A stretch of 63,873 nucleotides of DNA, the filler included, from Caldilineae bacterium (GTDB lineage Bacteria > Chloroflexota > Anaerolineae > DTLA01): assembly GCA_037446815.1 (NCBI GenBank). It is 5 parts of 5 records of this genome, joined end to end, with 100 filler letters (N's around TTAATTAATTAA, not from the genome) between each part and the next. Parts side by side here need not be neighbours in the genome. Positions count along the whole stretch, not along the records: positions 1 to 13,940 come from JBBIHX010000066.1; positions 14,041 to 27,866 come from JBBIHX010000067.1; 3 more parts are not named here. One strand, written 5' to 3'. The position numbers were made by a program, and so were the translations under genes. The notes beneath the pieces are model-generated. The model made no database searches, was not told where the DNA came from, and saw only the letters and a list, made by a program, of their open reading frames with translations. This document shows positions 9,273-19,089 of this stretch, piece after piece (within the stretch, counting starts at the first letter, position 1; every line of letters starts with the position of its first letter).

Positions 9273-11012
9273 TTAGGCCTTTGTCTTGGCCAGTTCGGCG
9301 CGATACCGCCGGATGGCACCCACTCCGTCCACCACCAGGATAACGGCCAGCACGACCAGGATCAGGGACAGCACTCCAATGGTTACCTGGGCAACGATGC
9401 CCTGCCAGGCCGTTTGCTTGGGCAAGTTGAGGAAGAAGGCCGCATAGGCCGACCAGAGGAGCGCCCCGACGGTGGTAACGAACATGAAGATGAAGGGCCA
9501 GAATGTCCACTGGTAGTTCTTGCCCTTGGACATGAGCCACAGGGTAATCAGCAGCAGAGCCAGGGATGCCATCAACTGGTTGGCAGCACCGAACACGCCC
9601 CAAATCTGGATGAAGGGCATGATCCAGATCAGAAGGAGGGTGAGGACAAGGGCGATGATGGTGCCAACATGGACATTGCGAAGGATGGGGAAGCGATCCC
9701 CCAGTGCCTCAGCGCTGGCCACGCGCATGAAGCGCACCACCAAGTGCATGATGGTCAGCGCCATCAGGGTAAGGAAGATCGCCCCATAGGCGGCACCGAA
9801 CCCCTTGCCCAGCGCGTTGTCCAGCCCCCAATTGTTCAGGAACGCGGAGAGACCCTTAGAGAAGACGGCCGCAGCGCCCCCCGGACCTCCGGCATCCATG
9901 TAGCCCTTGAAGCTGCCGAAGGCCACGGTCGCGGTCAGAAACGCCATGGTGGCGAAGAACATCTCAAAGAACATGGCGCCGCCGCCCACAAAGAGGGCAT
10001 CGCCTTCGCGCTCCAACTGCCGCGCCGTGCCCGACGATGATACCAGGCTATGCCAGCCTGAGATGGCGCCGCAGGCGATGGTCACGAACAGCATCGGCCA
10101 GAGAGGGCCGGACACGGTCCGGAAGGTCGTGGTCGCCGGAAAGTCCCCCATTCCTGGGCGACCAATCAGGATCCCGATGACACCGCCCAGGACGCCCAGG
10201 CTCACGATCCAGAAGGCCACATAGTTGATCGGCTGCGCCCAGCGCCAAATAGGGAGAACGGCGCCCAGGTAGCAGAAGATCACCACCAACAGGCTGCCGA
10301 TGAACCTTGCCAGCGTTACGTCCAGGAACAGTTTCGGGCTGGCCGCGCCGCCGGTAGTCCCGTAGAGGGCGGAGAAGAAGTTCCGCACCGGCTCGGCCAT
10401 GCCCACCCAGATACCCACCAGTGCGAGCACAACGGTGATGACGGTCGTCAGGATGATGTCCTGCTTCCACTTGTAGGTCATCTGGCCGGCCAGCAGGCCC
10501 ACCAGGATCACGATGATCACCCCCAGCGGGACTGCCGGGTTGGTCAGCAGGTTGAACCCCACCTGGATACCAAATGCCCCCATGATCATCAGTAGGTAGA
10601 CGTAGATGAAGGCCAGCAGAATGCCCCGGCCGCGCGGAGAGATGAGCCGATAACTCAACGCCCCGAAGGTCTGGCCTTCCTCACGGACACCCACGATAAT
10701 GCTGCTGTAGTCCTGAACCCAGCCGATGAAGAAGGTCCCGAGCACAATCCACAGCAGCGCGGGGAGCCAGCCCCACTGGACAGCCACAATCGGCCCGAGG
10801 ATGGGCCCCAAAGCGGCGATGGACTTGAACTGGTAGCCAAAGAGGACATTGCGGTTTGCGGGGATGAAGTCTACGCCGTCCATGTACATCTTGGCAGGCG
10901 TGGCCTTCTGGTTGTCTGGCTGGATGATGCGGCGGTCAATGGACTTGGCATAGAGGCCGTACCCAACGGCGATCCCCACAGCGGAAATGAGTAGCACCAA
11001 CAGCGAATTCAT
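9273..11012 (-). CDS. cstA: Carbon starvation protein A (CstA-family peptide/pyruvate transporter)
   Basis: TPA...DGVDF, SIAALGPILGP, FVTIACGAISGWHSL and FGAANQL motifs; many TM helices. Confidence 0.93.
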   Translation of the reverse strand: MNSLLVLLISAVGIAVGYGLYAKSIDRRIIQPDNQKATPAKMYMDGVDFIPANRNVLFGYQFKSIAALGPILGPIVAVQWGWLPALLWIVLGTFFIGWVQDYSSIIVGVREEGQTFGALSYRLISPRGRGILLAFIYVYLLMIMGAFGIQVGFNLLTNPAVPLGVIIVILVGLLAGQMTYKWKQDIILTTVITVVLALVGIWVGMAEPVRNFFSALYGTTGGAASPKLFLDVTLARFIGSLLVVIFCYLGAVLPIWRWAQPINYVAFWIVSLGVLGGVIGILIGRPGMGDFPATTTFRTVSGPLWPMLFVTIACGAISGWHSLVSSSGTARQLEREGDALFVGGGAMFFEMFFATMAFLTATVAFGSFKGYMDAGGPGGAAAVFSKGLSAFLNNWGLDNALGKGFGAAYGAIFLTLMALTIMHLVVRFMRVASAEALGDRFPILRNVHVGTIIALVLTLLLIWIMPFIQIWGVFGAANQLMASLALLLITLWLMSKGKNYQWTFWPFIFMFVTTVGALLWSAYAAFFLNLPKQTAWQGIVAQVTIGVLSLILVVLAVILVVDGVGAIRRYRAELAKTKA

Positions 11013-11176
11013 CTCCTACTCTCCTTACTGCATTTGCAACTGGAAATCGGACGACCAATAGGTGAGACGGACTCAGCCAGCCGAGGTAGAAAAGTCAGAC
11101 CAGCCCCTGCATCACCTCCTTTCACGCAGAAACACAAGCGACGACGGGTTGTCAGACAGGCCGTGGATACACATGT

Positions 11177-11205
11177 ATTTTACCACCAACTTGCGCCGTT
11201 GTCAA
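11177..11205 (-). promoter_or_regulatory. Sigma70-type promoter for the cstA operon
   Basis: Minus strand TTGACA-17 nt-TAAAAT with an extended TG. Confidence 0.7.
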
Positions 11206-11315
11206 CAGTTTCTTTCGCCATTATGTAAACAATACGGAACTCCTCACTGCTATAAACACAAGGGCAGCGAAAAGTTGCGCCCCGCCGACGAGCGCGCCCT
11301 GCCCCCACAAGTGCC

Positions 11316-11566
11316 ATGTGTCATTCTGAGCGGCGAAGCCGCGAAGAATCTCGCCCACCGCCAGGCTCCGCCTCACTCGCTAAGCGCGAGGGGACAACGT
11401 GCGACGCACCTCGGAGGTGCGTCGCACGTTCACTATTCGCACAGAGTCGCGCGACTTGCGGTTACGAAACTGTCATTCTGAGCGGCGAAGCCACGAAGAA
11501 TCTCGCCCCTCACCCCAGCCCTCTCCCGAAAGGCGAGGGCGTATCGCCTTCGGCTCAGCATGACCG
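11316..11566. repeat. Cluster of REP-like palindromic units
   Basis: tgtcattctgagcggcgaagcc(g/a)cgaagaatctc twice; aacgtgcgacgcacctcggaggtgcgtcgcacgtt hairpin; ccctcaccccagccctctcccgaaaggcgaggg. Confidence 0.8.
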
Positions 11567-11638
11567 CGTGGAGAGGTGGCGCGGGGAGCGTGCCAACGCA
11601 GTTACCCAACACGACACGAAACCGCGTGTCATGCCCGC

Positions 11639-11788
11639 GACTCGGTTCCATCTTGTGTTGGTGAAACGCATGGACACTCTCCTCGTGTGTCGTTGCGAGC
11701 GAAGCGAAGCAACCTCGCGCCCCGGCGATTGCTTCGGGCGCTGCGCGCCCTCGCAATGACAAACACCAACAGACTTTGGAACCGAATC
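11639..11788. mobile_element. 150-bp MITE copy, TSD ATGCCCGC
   Basis: Ends GACTCGGTTCCA...TGGAACCGAATC; 8-bp direct repeat on both sides. Confidence 0.85.
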
Positions 11789-11876
11789 ATGCCCGCGACA
11801 CGGTTGCCATCATGACAAACTCGCGTTATAATATGCATGAACCGATTGCTCACCACAGACGTCGGGCAAGGAAACC

Positions 11877-12581
11877 ATGGGCATCAAGATTCTCCTCATT
11901 GATGACGAGCCGATGATGAAGCGAATGCTGGCGGATGTCTTCTGCCCGCCCGACTATGAGTTCGCCGCCGCCGCGGACGGGCGCGAAGGGCTCCGCATGG
12001 TCTACGATTTCAGGCCCGACGTGGTCCTCCTGGACATCATGATGCCCGGAATGAGCGGCTGGGAAGTCTGCCAGCGCATTCGGGAGTTCTCCACCGTCCC
12101 CATCGTCATGCTTACCGCCATGGGGCAGACTACCGACAAGGTGCGCGGCCTGGACCTGGGAGCCGACGACTACATCACCAAGCCCGTTGACCTTGAGGAA
12201 ATCAAGGCGCGAGTCCAGGCGCTCTTGCGCCGCGTGGCGCTCGGACAACAGGCAACATGCCTCTACTCGGCGGGCGGCGACTATCTGACCATAGACCCCA
12301 TCGCGCGGCGTGTCCGCGTCGCAGGTGAGGACATCGCACTGACTCCCACCGAGTACAACCTCCTCCTGTACTTCATCACCCACCCCGACCGCGCCATCTC
12401 ATACGGCGAACTTCTGGACAACGTCTGGGGTCCCGGCTACGAAGCCGCCGTCAGCAATCTGAAACTCTACATCCTCTATCTGCGACGCAAGATAGAACCT
12501 GACCCGGACAATCCTATCTACATCCTCAACGAGCGCGGCGTAGGTTATCGCTTCGTCCGCTCACCTCTGCCGGAGAAGTGA
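11877..12581 (+). CDS. OmpR/PhoB-family response regulator
   Basis: LLIDDE, LLDIMMP, GADDYITKP receiver domain; winged-helix LTPTEY...RRKIE...ERGVGYRF. Confidence 0.93.
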   Translation: MGIKILLIDDEPMMKRMLADVFCPPDYEFAAAADGREGLRMVYDFRPDVVLLDIMMPGMSGWEVCQRIREFSTVPIVMLTAMGQTTDKVRGLDLGADDYITKPVDLEEIKARVQALLRRVALGQQATCLYSAGGDYLTIDPIARRVRVAGEDIALTPTEYNLLLYFITHPDRAISYGELLDNVWGPGYEAAVSNLKLYILYLRRKIEPDPDNPIYILNERGVGYRFVRSPLPEK

Positions 12582-13114
12582 ACGTGGCCATCTACCAATT
12601 TGAGGACCGCATCCCAACCATCGGCAACGGCACCTATGTCCATCCCTCCGCATCCGTCATCGGCGACGTGTCCATCGGCGACGGATGCTGGATTGGCCCG
12701 GGAGCGTGCATTCGCGGCGACTACGGGCGCATCACCATCGGCAACTGCACGAGCATAGAGGAGAACGTGGTGGTGCACGCCAGGCCAGGCGAGCAAACCG
12801 CCATCGGCGACTGGGTTACCATCGGCCACGCCGCCGTCATCCACAACGCCACGATCCACGACTACGCGGTCATCGGCATGCGAGCCGTTGTCTCCGACTG
12901 GGCTGTGGTAGGGGTATGGAGCGTCGTCGCCGAGGGCGCGGTAGTTCGCCAGAGCCAGGAGGTCCCTGCGGGCAAGATCGCCGTCGGCGTGCCCGCGCGC
13001 CTTTTGGACAAGGACGTGAGCGACGAGTATCGCGCCCAGTGGACCGAGTTCAAGCGAATCTACGTGGACCTGGCGCGGCGCTACCCCCATGGCCTGAAAA
13101 CGCTTCAGGCGTAG
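12578..13114 (+). CDS. Gamma carbonic anhydrase-like (YrdA/PaaY) hexapeptide-repeat protein
   Basis: IGDVSIG...IRGD...VVH...TIGHAAVIH. Confidence 0.9.
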   Translation: MNVAIYQFEDRIPTIGNGTYVHPSASVIGDVSIGDGCWIGPGACIRGDYGRITIGNCTSIEENVVVHARPGEQTAIGDWVTIGHAAVIHNATIHDYAVIGMRAVVSDWAVVGVWSVVAEGAVVRQSQEVPAGKIAVGVPARLLDKDVSDEYRAQWTEFKRIYVDLARRYPHGLKTLQA

Positions 13115-13153
13115 CGGCCAACCCCGCATTCGCCCTCGCGAACAGGCGCGCGC

Positions 13154-13795
13154 TCATGGCTTCAGGACGACCTCCTCCTTGCCCTGTAGCCGGTCCAGAA
13201 TCCGCGTGCAGATGATATCCAGGTGTGCCGCCGAGTTGACGAAATCCAAATCATCGGCGGGAATCGTCAGCACCGGGCACAGGCTGAAGCCGTCCATCCA
13301 TGCCGCGTACAGGTCGTTCAACCGCGCCAGGTAGTCCTCGCCGATGCCCGACTCAATGCTCCGTCCCCGCATTCGGATTCGGCGCGCCAAGGTGGGCACC
13401 GACGCCTGCAGGTAGATGAGCAGGCTGGGAATCGGAAGCTGCGCGATGATCATGTCATAGAGCCGCACGTAGGCCGCGAAGTCCCTCTGGCTCATCATCC
13501 CCATATCAAACAGCGCCTGGGCGAAGATGTGGCGATCCTCGTAGATGCTGCGGTCCTGAATCACCGACTCGGGCAGCGCGGCAATGCGCCGGTGCAATTC
13601 TGCTCGGTGCCCGAGGAAGAAGATCTGCAGGTGAAAACTCCACTGCTTCATATCGGCGTAGAAGTCGGCCAGGTACGGATTATCATCCACGCTCTCGTAG
13701 TAGGCTTTCCACCCCAGCCGTTGCGCCACGAGCGTAGTCAAACTGGTCTTGCCCGATCCGATGTTGCCCGCCACGATGACGAAGCGCTTCACCAT
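13154..13795 (-). CDS. Deoxynucleoside kinase
   Basis: GNIGSGKTS, QDRSIYED and RIRMRGR motifs. Confidence 0.92.
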   Translation of the reverse strand: MVKRFVIVAGNIGSGKTSLTTLVAQRLGWKAYYESVDDNPYLADFYADMKQWSFHLQIFFLGHRAELHRRIAALPESVIQDRSIYEDRHIFAQALFDMGMMSQRDFAAYVRLYDMIIAQLPIPSLLIYLQASVPTLARRIRMRGRSIESGIGEDYLARLNDLYAAWMDGFSLCPVLTIPADDLDFVNSAAHLDIICTRILDRLQGKEEVVLKP

Positions 13796-13940
13796 GGGAA
13801 TAGCAGCCCTCCTTGTGGAATGCGTTGACACACGGCCCGCCCATTGTACCCCAACAGGCGCGATACGTCCAGCCCAAGCGCATTTGGAGCCGGTTTCCTC
13901 TTGTGTTGGTGAACCGTAGGCGCACTCTCCTCGTGTGTCA

Positions 13941-14040
13941 NNNNNNNNNNNNNNNNNNNNNNNNNNNNNNNNNNNNNNNNNNNNTTAATTAATTAANNNN
14001 NNNNNNNNNNNNNNNNNNNNNNNNNNNNNNNNNNNNNNNN
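13941..14040. other. Artificial contig-joining linker
   Basis: 100-nt N run containing TTAATTAATTAA (stops in all frames). Confidence 0.97.
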
Positions 14041-15366
14041 GTCCTCCACCAAAAACACCGGCTCCCCGCCGATGTCGCAGCGCGGCTGCCCGCAAACCGC
14101 CGGCGGCAACGGGATGGTGTGAAACCCACCCGTCGCCACGCTCGCCTGCGCTTGCCCATCCAATGTGAACACCGCGCCCTGCCGCGCAGCCGCCGGAACC
14201 TTTGCCACAATCGGCTCCGCGCTCCAGTTCCACAGGATTCTCGTCGTCTTGTCGCCCTGGTCCAACGAGACCACGGCGAACGCGCCCTTGTCTTCCCAGC
14301 GGGCCGCCTTCGCGCCGGCCATATAGGATACAGCGGCGCGGAACGCGTCGTACACCGGCCGCCTGCTGCCATCCCGCCGCACCATACCGAAGGGTTCTTC
14401 CCACGGCTCAATGCTGGGCCGGTCCGACATCTTGTACACCGCAACCCGTTCCGCGCCCGATGCCAGCGCCAGCGAAAACGCCTGCACCAGAAAGGCCCGC
14501 TGCTCCGACAGCGTAACGCGGAAGCGTGGATGGGCGATGGGATGCTGGGGGTCGTCATACGGCGGCGCGTTGGTCTCGTCCACCCATATGGGCTTGTCCA
14601 GCCCGTAGCGGCGCATGGCTGCGCGCGTCTTCGCCACGATCTCCGGTATTGTGCGCGGCTTGAAGTAGATGTGCAGCGACACCACATCAAAGTAGAAGCC
14701 GTGCGCCGCAGCGTTGGGGTCCTTGGCTATCTCTTCTAGCAGCCGCTCCAAGAAGGGCCGACGCCCGTATTCCACATCCCACCAGTACGTGAGGCCCGCC
14801 AGGTGCACCACGCAGTCGGGATCAGCCCGCTTCGCCGCCAGGTAGCCCACGCGCGTCAGTTGGGCGAACTCCTCCAGCGTGCCGGCCCATGTGTATCCGA
14901 AATGCGACGGGTCCCACACATCCGGCTCGTTCCACAGAATCCAGTGGCGGATCACCCCGCGGTACTGCGAGACGATGCGGAAAACGAACTGCGCCCAGTA
15001 GTTATTCGGGTCATCCACGGGGAGGTCCAAGCCCGAGGGCACTCCGCGGTCGCCAGCGTATCCATTCGCCCAGCCCGGCGGATTGATGAGCAGCCCGACG
15101 ATCTCGCGGCCCGCCGTCGTCTCGCGGTGCAGGATTTCGGGCGGGAAGTAGTCATCGCGCCACACGTCGGGTTCGGGCTGTATCTCGCGCCAGTAGAACA
15201 GCACCCGCTCCCAAGCCACGCCGGCCTCGTCGGCATCGTGCGGCGCAAAGAACGCCTCCACCGCACCAAACCGGGGATCGGGTGGCCCAGCATGCGCCAC
15301 GGCGGGCCACAAGCACGACACCGCCATCAGGAGCAGCGACGCAACCCATCGGGCGTCCATCCGCAT
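14041..15366 (-). CDS. Secreted clan GH-A glycoside hydrolase (3' truncated at contig end)
   Basis: Signal peptide; WNEPD acid/base and PIWVDETN nucleophile motifs. Confidence 0.8.
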
Positions 15367-15406
15367 CCCGCCTCCATCGCCCCGCCTGGACCCTCTCACG
15401 CGCCGC

Positions 15407-17110
15407 CTACGCCCCCGCAGGCCGAATGTCCCTGACGTGCAACTGGAGTCGGGGCTGGCCGTTCCAATTGTTGACCTCCAGCGAAAAGACCACATCCACG
15501 CGATGGGGAAGGCCAGATGCGTGGTGGGCCTGTTTGAAAGCGATGGCGTCCCAGGTTGCCCATCCATCCGAAAGCCACAGCCGCAGATGTTTCTCGCCGA
15601 CGATGCGGCTATCCTTCACACGCACGTCGCGGCACAGAAAGACCGGCGGGGGATTATCGTAGCCGAACGGCTCCAAGCGGGCCAGTTCGCGCTGGAAATC
15701 CCACGTCATATCTTTCAGGCGCGCTTCGGCATCCACCACGAGCGTAGGTGTCAGTTCCTGACCGCACAAATCCATGCCCGCGATGCGCTGCAATTCCTCG
15801 CGCAAGATGTCCAGGCGATGGGTTTCCACCTCAAACCCCGCGGCTGCCGCATGCCCGCCGTGCCGAACCAGCAGGTCGCTGCACCGATCCAGCGCCTCCG
15901 TGATGTTCCATTCCGGTATGCTTCTTGCCGACCCGCGACTGACGCCGTCCGAAATCTGCACCACGATGGACGGCCGGTAGAACTCCTCCACGAGGCGCGT
16001 CGCCACAAGCCCCGCAATCCCCTCGGGGATTTCCCGATCGGCCACGAACAGGAGCGGCACGTCGGCGGCCTGTCCCTGCGCCACTGGATACGCGCGTTCT
16101 ATCGCCTCCACCGTCAGCCGCTGCCGCTCGCGATTGCACTCTTCCAGTCTTGCCGCCAGGCGCGCGGCTTCCTCGTGCGATCGCGTCGCGAGGAGGTGGT
16201 AACTGTCCATGGCGGTGTACAGCCTTCCGGCGGCGTTCAGACGAGGGCCGAGGATGTAGCCGACATGATCCACCGTTACAGGCTCGCGCAGCCCGCTGGT
16301 GCGAATCAATTCTCGGAGTCCGGGCCTGCGCGTGTTGCGAAGCGCGTCCATTCCCCGCACAACCAGCGCGCGGTTCTCGCCGCGCAGTGGGGCCAAATCC
16401 GCCACCGTGCCCAGCGCCACGAGATCCAGCAAGTCCGACTCCTGGACAGGCCGCGCGTCCGGGCGAATGGGCAACTGGTTGTGGCTGCGGAGCAAGCCCT
16501 GCGCCAACTTGTACGCCACGCCAACGCCCGACAGGTCCGCGAACGGATATCGGCTGTCCGCCCGCTTGGGATTCACGCAGGCCAGGGCGCAGGGCAACTC
16601 GCCCCGCGGCGAATGATGGTCCGTGATGATCATGTCCAGGCCCTGCTTGCGGGCCCACTCCGCCTCTTCGTTGGAGCGGATGCCGGAGTCCACCGTAACC
16701 ACCAAGCGGCAGCCCTTTTCCGCGAACTGGCGCAAGGCCGCGATATTCAGCCCGTATCCTTCGCCTGCCCTGGTTGGAATATACGGCTCTACCCGCGCCC
16801 CCAACGACTCAAGCGTCTCGCACATCAGCACGGTAGCCGTAACGCCGTCCACATCGTAGTCCCCTGAGACCACGATGAGTTCGCCCTTGCGGATGGCCTC
16901 GCGCAGCCGCGTAACCGCCGCGGACATGTCGGGCAGCAGGAACGGGTTATCCACTTCCGCGGGCTTGAAGAACTCGGCTGCGTCCGCGGGCGACGTTACG
17001 CCGCGATTGTACAGCAGTTGGGCGATCAGGGGATGATGCCCGGCTTCCACGAATGCTTGGACTACGGATTCAGGCGCGGGAGGGGCGACCTGCCACTTCT
17101 TGCTCGTCAA
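15407..17110 (-). CDS. recJ: Single-stranded DNA exonuclease RecJ
   Basis: GDYDVDG, ITDHH, PRLNAAGR, GSARS and GGHAAAAG motifs; start taken at TTG 17110. Confidence 0.93.
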   Translation of the reverse strand: MTSKKWQVAPPAPESVVQAFVEAGHHPLIAQLLYNRGVTSPADAAEFFKPAEVDNPFLLPDMSAAVTRLREAIRKGELIVVSGDYDVDGVTATVLMCETLESLGARVEPYIPTRAGEGYGLNIAALRQFAEKGCRLVVTVDSGIRSNEEAEWARKQGLDMIITDHHSPRGELPCALACVNPKRADSRYPFADLSGVGVAYKLAQGLLRSHNQLPIRPDARPVQESDLLDLVALGTVADLAPLRGENRALVVRGMDALRNTRRPGLRELIRTSGLREPVTVDHVGYILGPRLNAAGRLYTAMDSYHLLATRSHEEAARLAARLEECNRERQRLTVEAIERAYPVAQGQAADVPLLFVADREIPEGIAGLVATRLVEEFYRPSIVVQISDGVSRGSARSIPEWNITEALDRCSDLLVRHGGHAAAAGFEVETHRLDILREELQRIAGMDLCGQELTPTLVVDAEARLKDMTWDFQRELARLEPFGYDNPPPVFLCRDVRVKDSRIVGEKHLRLWLSDGWATWDAIAFKQAHHASGLPHRVDVVFSLEVNNWNGQPRLQLHVRDIRPAGA

Positions 17111-17216
17111 CGCCAAGATGACTGCCTTCCTTGCAATGGGATGAGAACGCGACCGAAGTCGCAAGGTTGCCTGATTGTACCACCCCTCGCCGGGGTGTCA
17201 ATGCGAACTCGGCCCC

Positions 17217-17366
17217 GATTCGGTTCCAAAGTCCGTTTGTGCCCGTCATTGCGAGGGCACGCAGTGCCCGAAGCAATCCCCGGGGCGCGGCACTGCTTCG
17301 CTTCGCTCGCAATGACACACGAGGAGAGTGCGCCCATGGTTCACCAACACTAGATGGAACCGACTC
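17217..17366. mobile_element. 150-bp MITE copy, TSD TCGGCCC(C/T)
   Basis: GATTCGGTTCCA...TGGAACCGACTC; flanking direct repeat matches 7 of 8 bp. Confidence 0.8.
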
Positions 17367-17410
17367 TCGGCCCTGCGATGGTCGGGAATCGCCGTCACGC
17401 GAGCCGAATC

Positions 17411-18364
17411 TCAGTCGCTATCCGCCTCCGGTGGCAGCACATAGCCCAGGCGCTTGAGAAGCGCGGGGTCGCGCCGCCATTTGGGCAGCACCTTGACCCA
17501 GAGTTCCAGATACACCCGCCTACCCAGCGCCTTCTCTATCTCCAGCCGCGCGCCCTGCCCGATCCGCTTGAGCATGCTGCCGCCGCGCCCGATAACGATT
17601 TGCTTCTGCGAATCGCGTTCCACGGCGATGGTCGCGCTGATGTACGACAGGTCCTCGCTGCGATCCTTGAACTCGTCCACGATGACCGCCACCGAGTGCG
17701 GCACCTCCTGATGGCATTCCCGCAAGACCTGCTCCCGGATGATCTCCGCCGCCAGGAAACGCTCGTCCTGATCTGTTACCTGATCTTCGGGGAAGTAGCG
17801 CGGGCCGCGCGGCAGGGCCTCCACAATCATCTCTAGCAAGCGATCGCGGTTGTCGCCGCGCGTCGCCGAAATCAGCGCATGCGCCCGAACATCTGCCAGC
17901 GCGAGATACGGCTCCGCAGCGCCGTCATGGTCTTGCTCCGGCACCAGGTCCATCTTGTTGACGGCCAAAATGATCGGCGCCTTCGCCGCCTCCCGCAGCG
18001 TCTGCCCGATAGACACGTCCTCGGGCGTGGGCGGAACCGAGCCGTCCACCAGCCACAGGATCACGTCCGCGTCTTTCAGCGTGCGCTTGGCCACCGTTAC
18101 CATGTACTCGCCCAGCCGATGGTGCGGGGTATGGATGCCCGGCGTATCCACGAATACAATCTGATAATCGGGCTCGGTTAGGATGCCCAGAATCCGCTGG
18201 CGGGTCGTCTGCGGCTTCTCCGACACGATGGCGATCTTCTGGCCTAGGTACGCGTTCATGAGGGTGGACTTGCCCACGTTGGGCCGCCCCACCAGTGCCA
18301 CGTATCCCGACCGATGGTCTTCGGGCAACGCCTCTGGAATAAGCAGGTCCGTCTCGTCGGTCAT
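17411..18364 (-). CDS. era: GTPase Era
   Basis: GRPNVGKST, PQTTR, DTPG and NKMD motifs; C-terminal KH domain. Confidence 0.96.
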   Translation of the reverse strand: MTDETDLLIPEALPEDHRSGYVALVGRPNVGKSTLMNAYLGQKIAIVSEKPQTTRQRILGILTEPDYQIVFVDTPGIHTPHHRLGEYMVTVAKRTLKDADVILWLVDGSVPPTPEDVSIGQTLREAAKAPIILAVNKMDLVPEQDHDGAAEPYLALADVRAHALISATRGDNRDRLLEMIVEALPRGPRYFPEDQVTDQDERFLAAEIIREQVLRECHQEVPHSVAVIVDEFKDRSEDLSYISATIAVERDSQKQIVIGRGGSMLKRIGQGARLEIEKALGRRVYLELWVKVLPKWRRDPALLKRLGYVLPPEADSD

Positions 18365-19089
18365 GAGGTCCGCTCCTTGTTCGCGACGGAAAATCGGAAC
18401 GGGTTGAAATCCGTGCCGTAGTCGTAGTAGTCCTCGTTCTCGGCCTGCTTCAGGAAGCCGACCACCCGATACGTAATCGGCGTCATCACAATTTCCAGCC
18501 CTGTCTTGAACAAGTAGTTGGACACGAAGATGCTGAGCAGGACACCCCAGGACATGGAGCCCGCAAAGGCAAGCGTAACGAACAAGAGCGTGTCAATCCC
18601 CTCGCCCACCATGGTAGAACCGATGGTGCGCGTCCAAAGCCAGCGCCCGCGCGTGAGCAGTTTCATCTTCGCTAGCACGTAGGAATTGGAAAACTCGCCC
18701 GCGAAGTAGGCGACCAGGCTGGCGAGCACGATTCGCGGCGTGGCTCCCAGGACCGCGTCATACGCCTGCTGGCCCACGCGGGCCGACCACTCCGCCTCGC
18801 CGGGGATGCGCCCCACAACCCAAAGCGTCAGGCTCATGAGCGCCGTGCAGAAGAAGCCCGTCCAAATCACCCGCCGCGACCGCCGGTATCCGTACACCTC
18901 GGTCAGGATGTCGCCGAAGATGTAACTCAACGGGAAAAGCAGCGTGCCCCCGTCAAACGTCAGGAACGGCAGGCCAAAGGTAACGATTTTCGCGGACGAC
19001 GCCACGTTACTGATGAGTAGAACAGCAACAAACAGCGCCATCACCAAATCAAAGTAGCGGTAGACTCGTCGCTCGGCCGAAACGTTCAT
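18361..19089 (-). CDS. Queuosine precursor transporter (YhhQ/VUT family)
   Basis: FPLSYIFGDILTEVYG, RIVLASLVAY and WTRTIGST motifs. Confidence 0.9.
   Translation of the reverse strand: MNVSAERRVYRYFDLVMALFVAVLLISNVASSAKIVTFGLPFLTFDGGTLLFPLSYIFGDILTEVYGYRRSRRVIWTGFFCTALMSLTLWVVGRIPGEAEWSARVGQQAYDAVLGATPRIVLASLVAYFAGEFSNSYVLAKMKLLTRGRWLWTRTIGSTMVGEGIDTLLFVTLAFAGSMSWGVLLSIFVSNYLFKTGLEIVMTPITYRVVGFLKQAENEDYYDYGTDFNPFRFSVANKERTS

Noticed and set aside
11034..11856. Short ORFs with '[11 protein letters not shown]', '[11 protein letters not shown]' or 'PHPSPLPKGEG' peptides (also 20347, 55519, 60630 and N-terminal extensions at 22141, 62015)
   Set aside because: They are translations of REP/MITE DNA rather than genes.
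13941..14040. Repeated TTAATTAATTAA within N runs (also at 27867, 41688, 55475)
   Set aside because: Artificial concatenation linker. The complete contigs decrease in size (13826, 13721, 13687 bp), so adjacency across linkers has no biological meaning.
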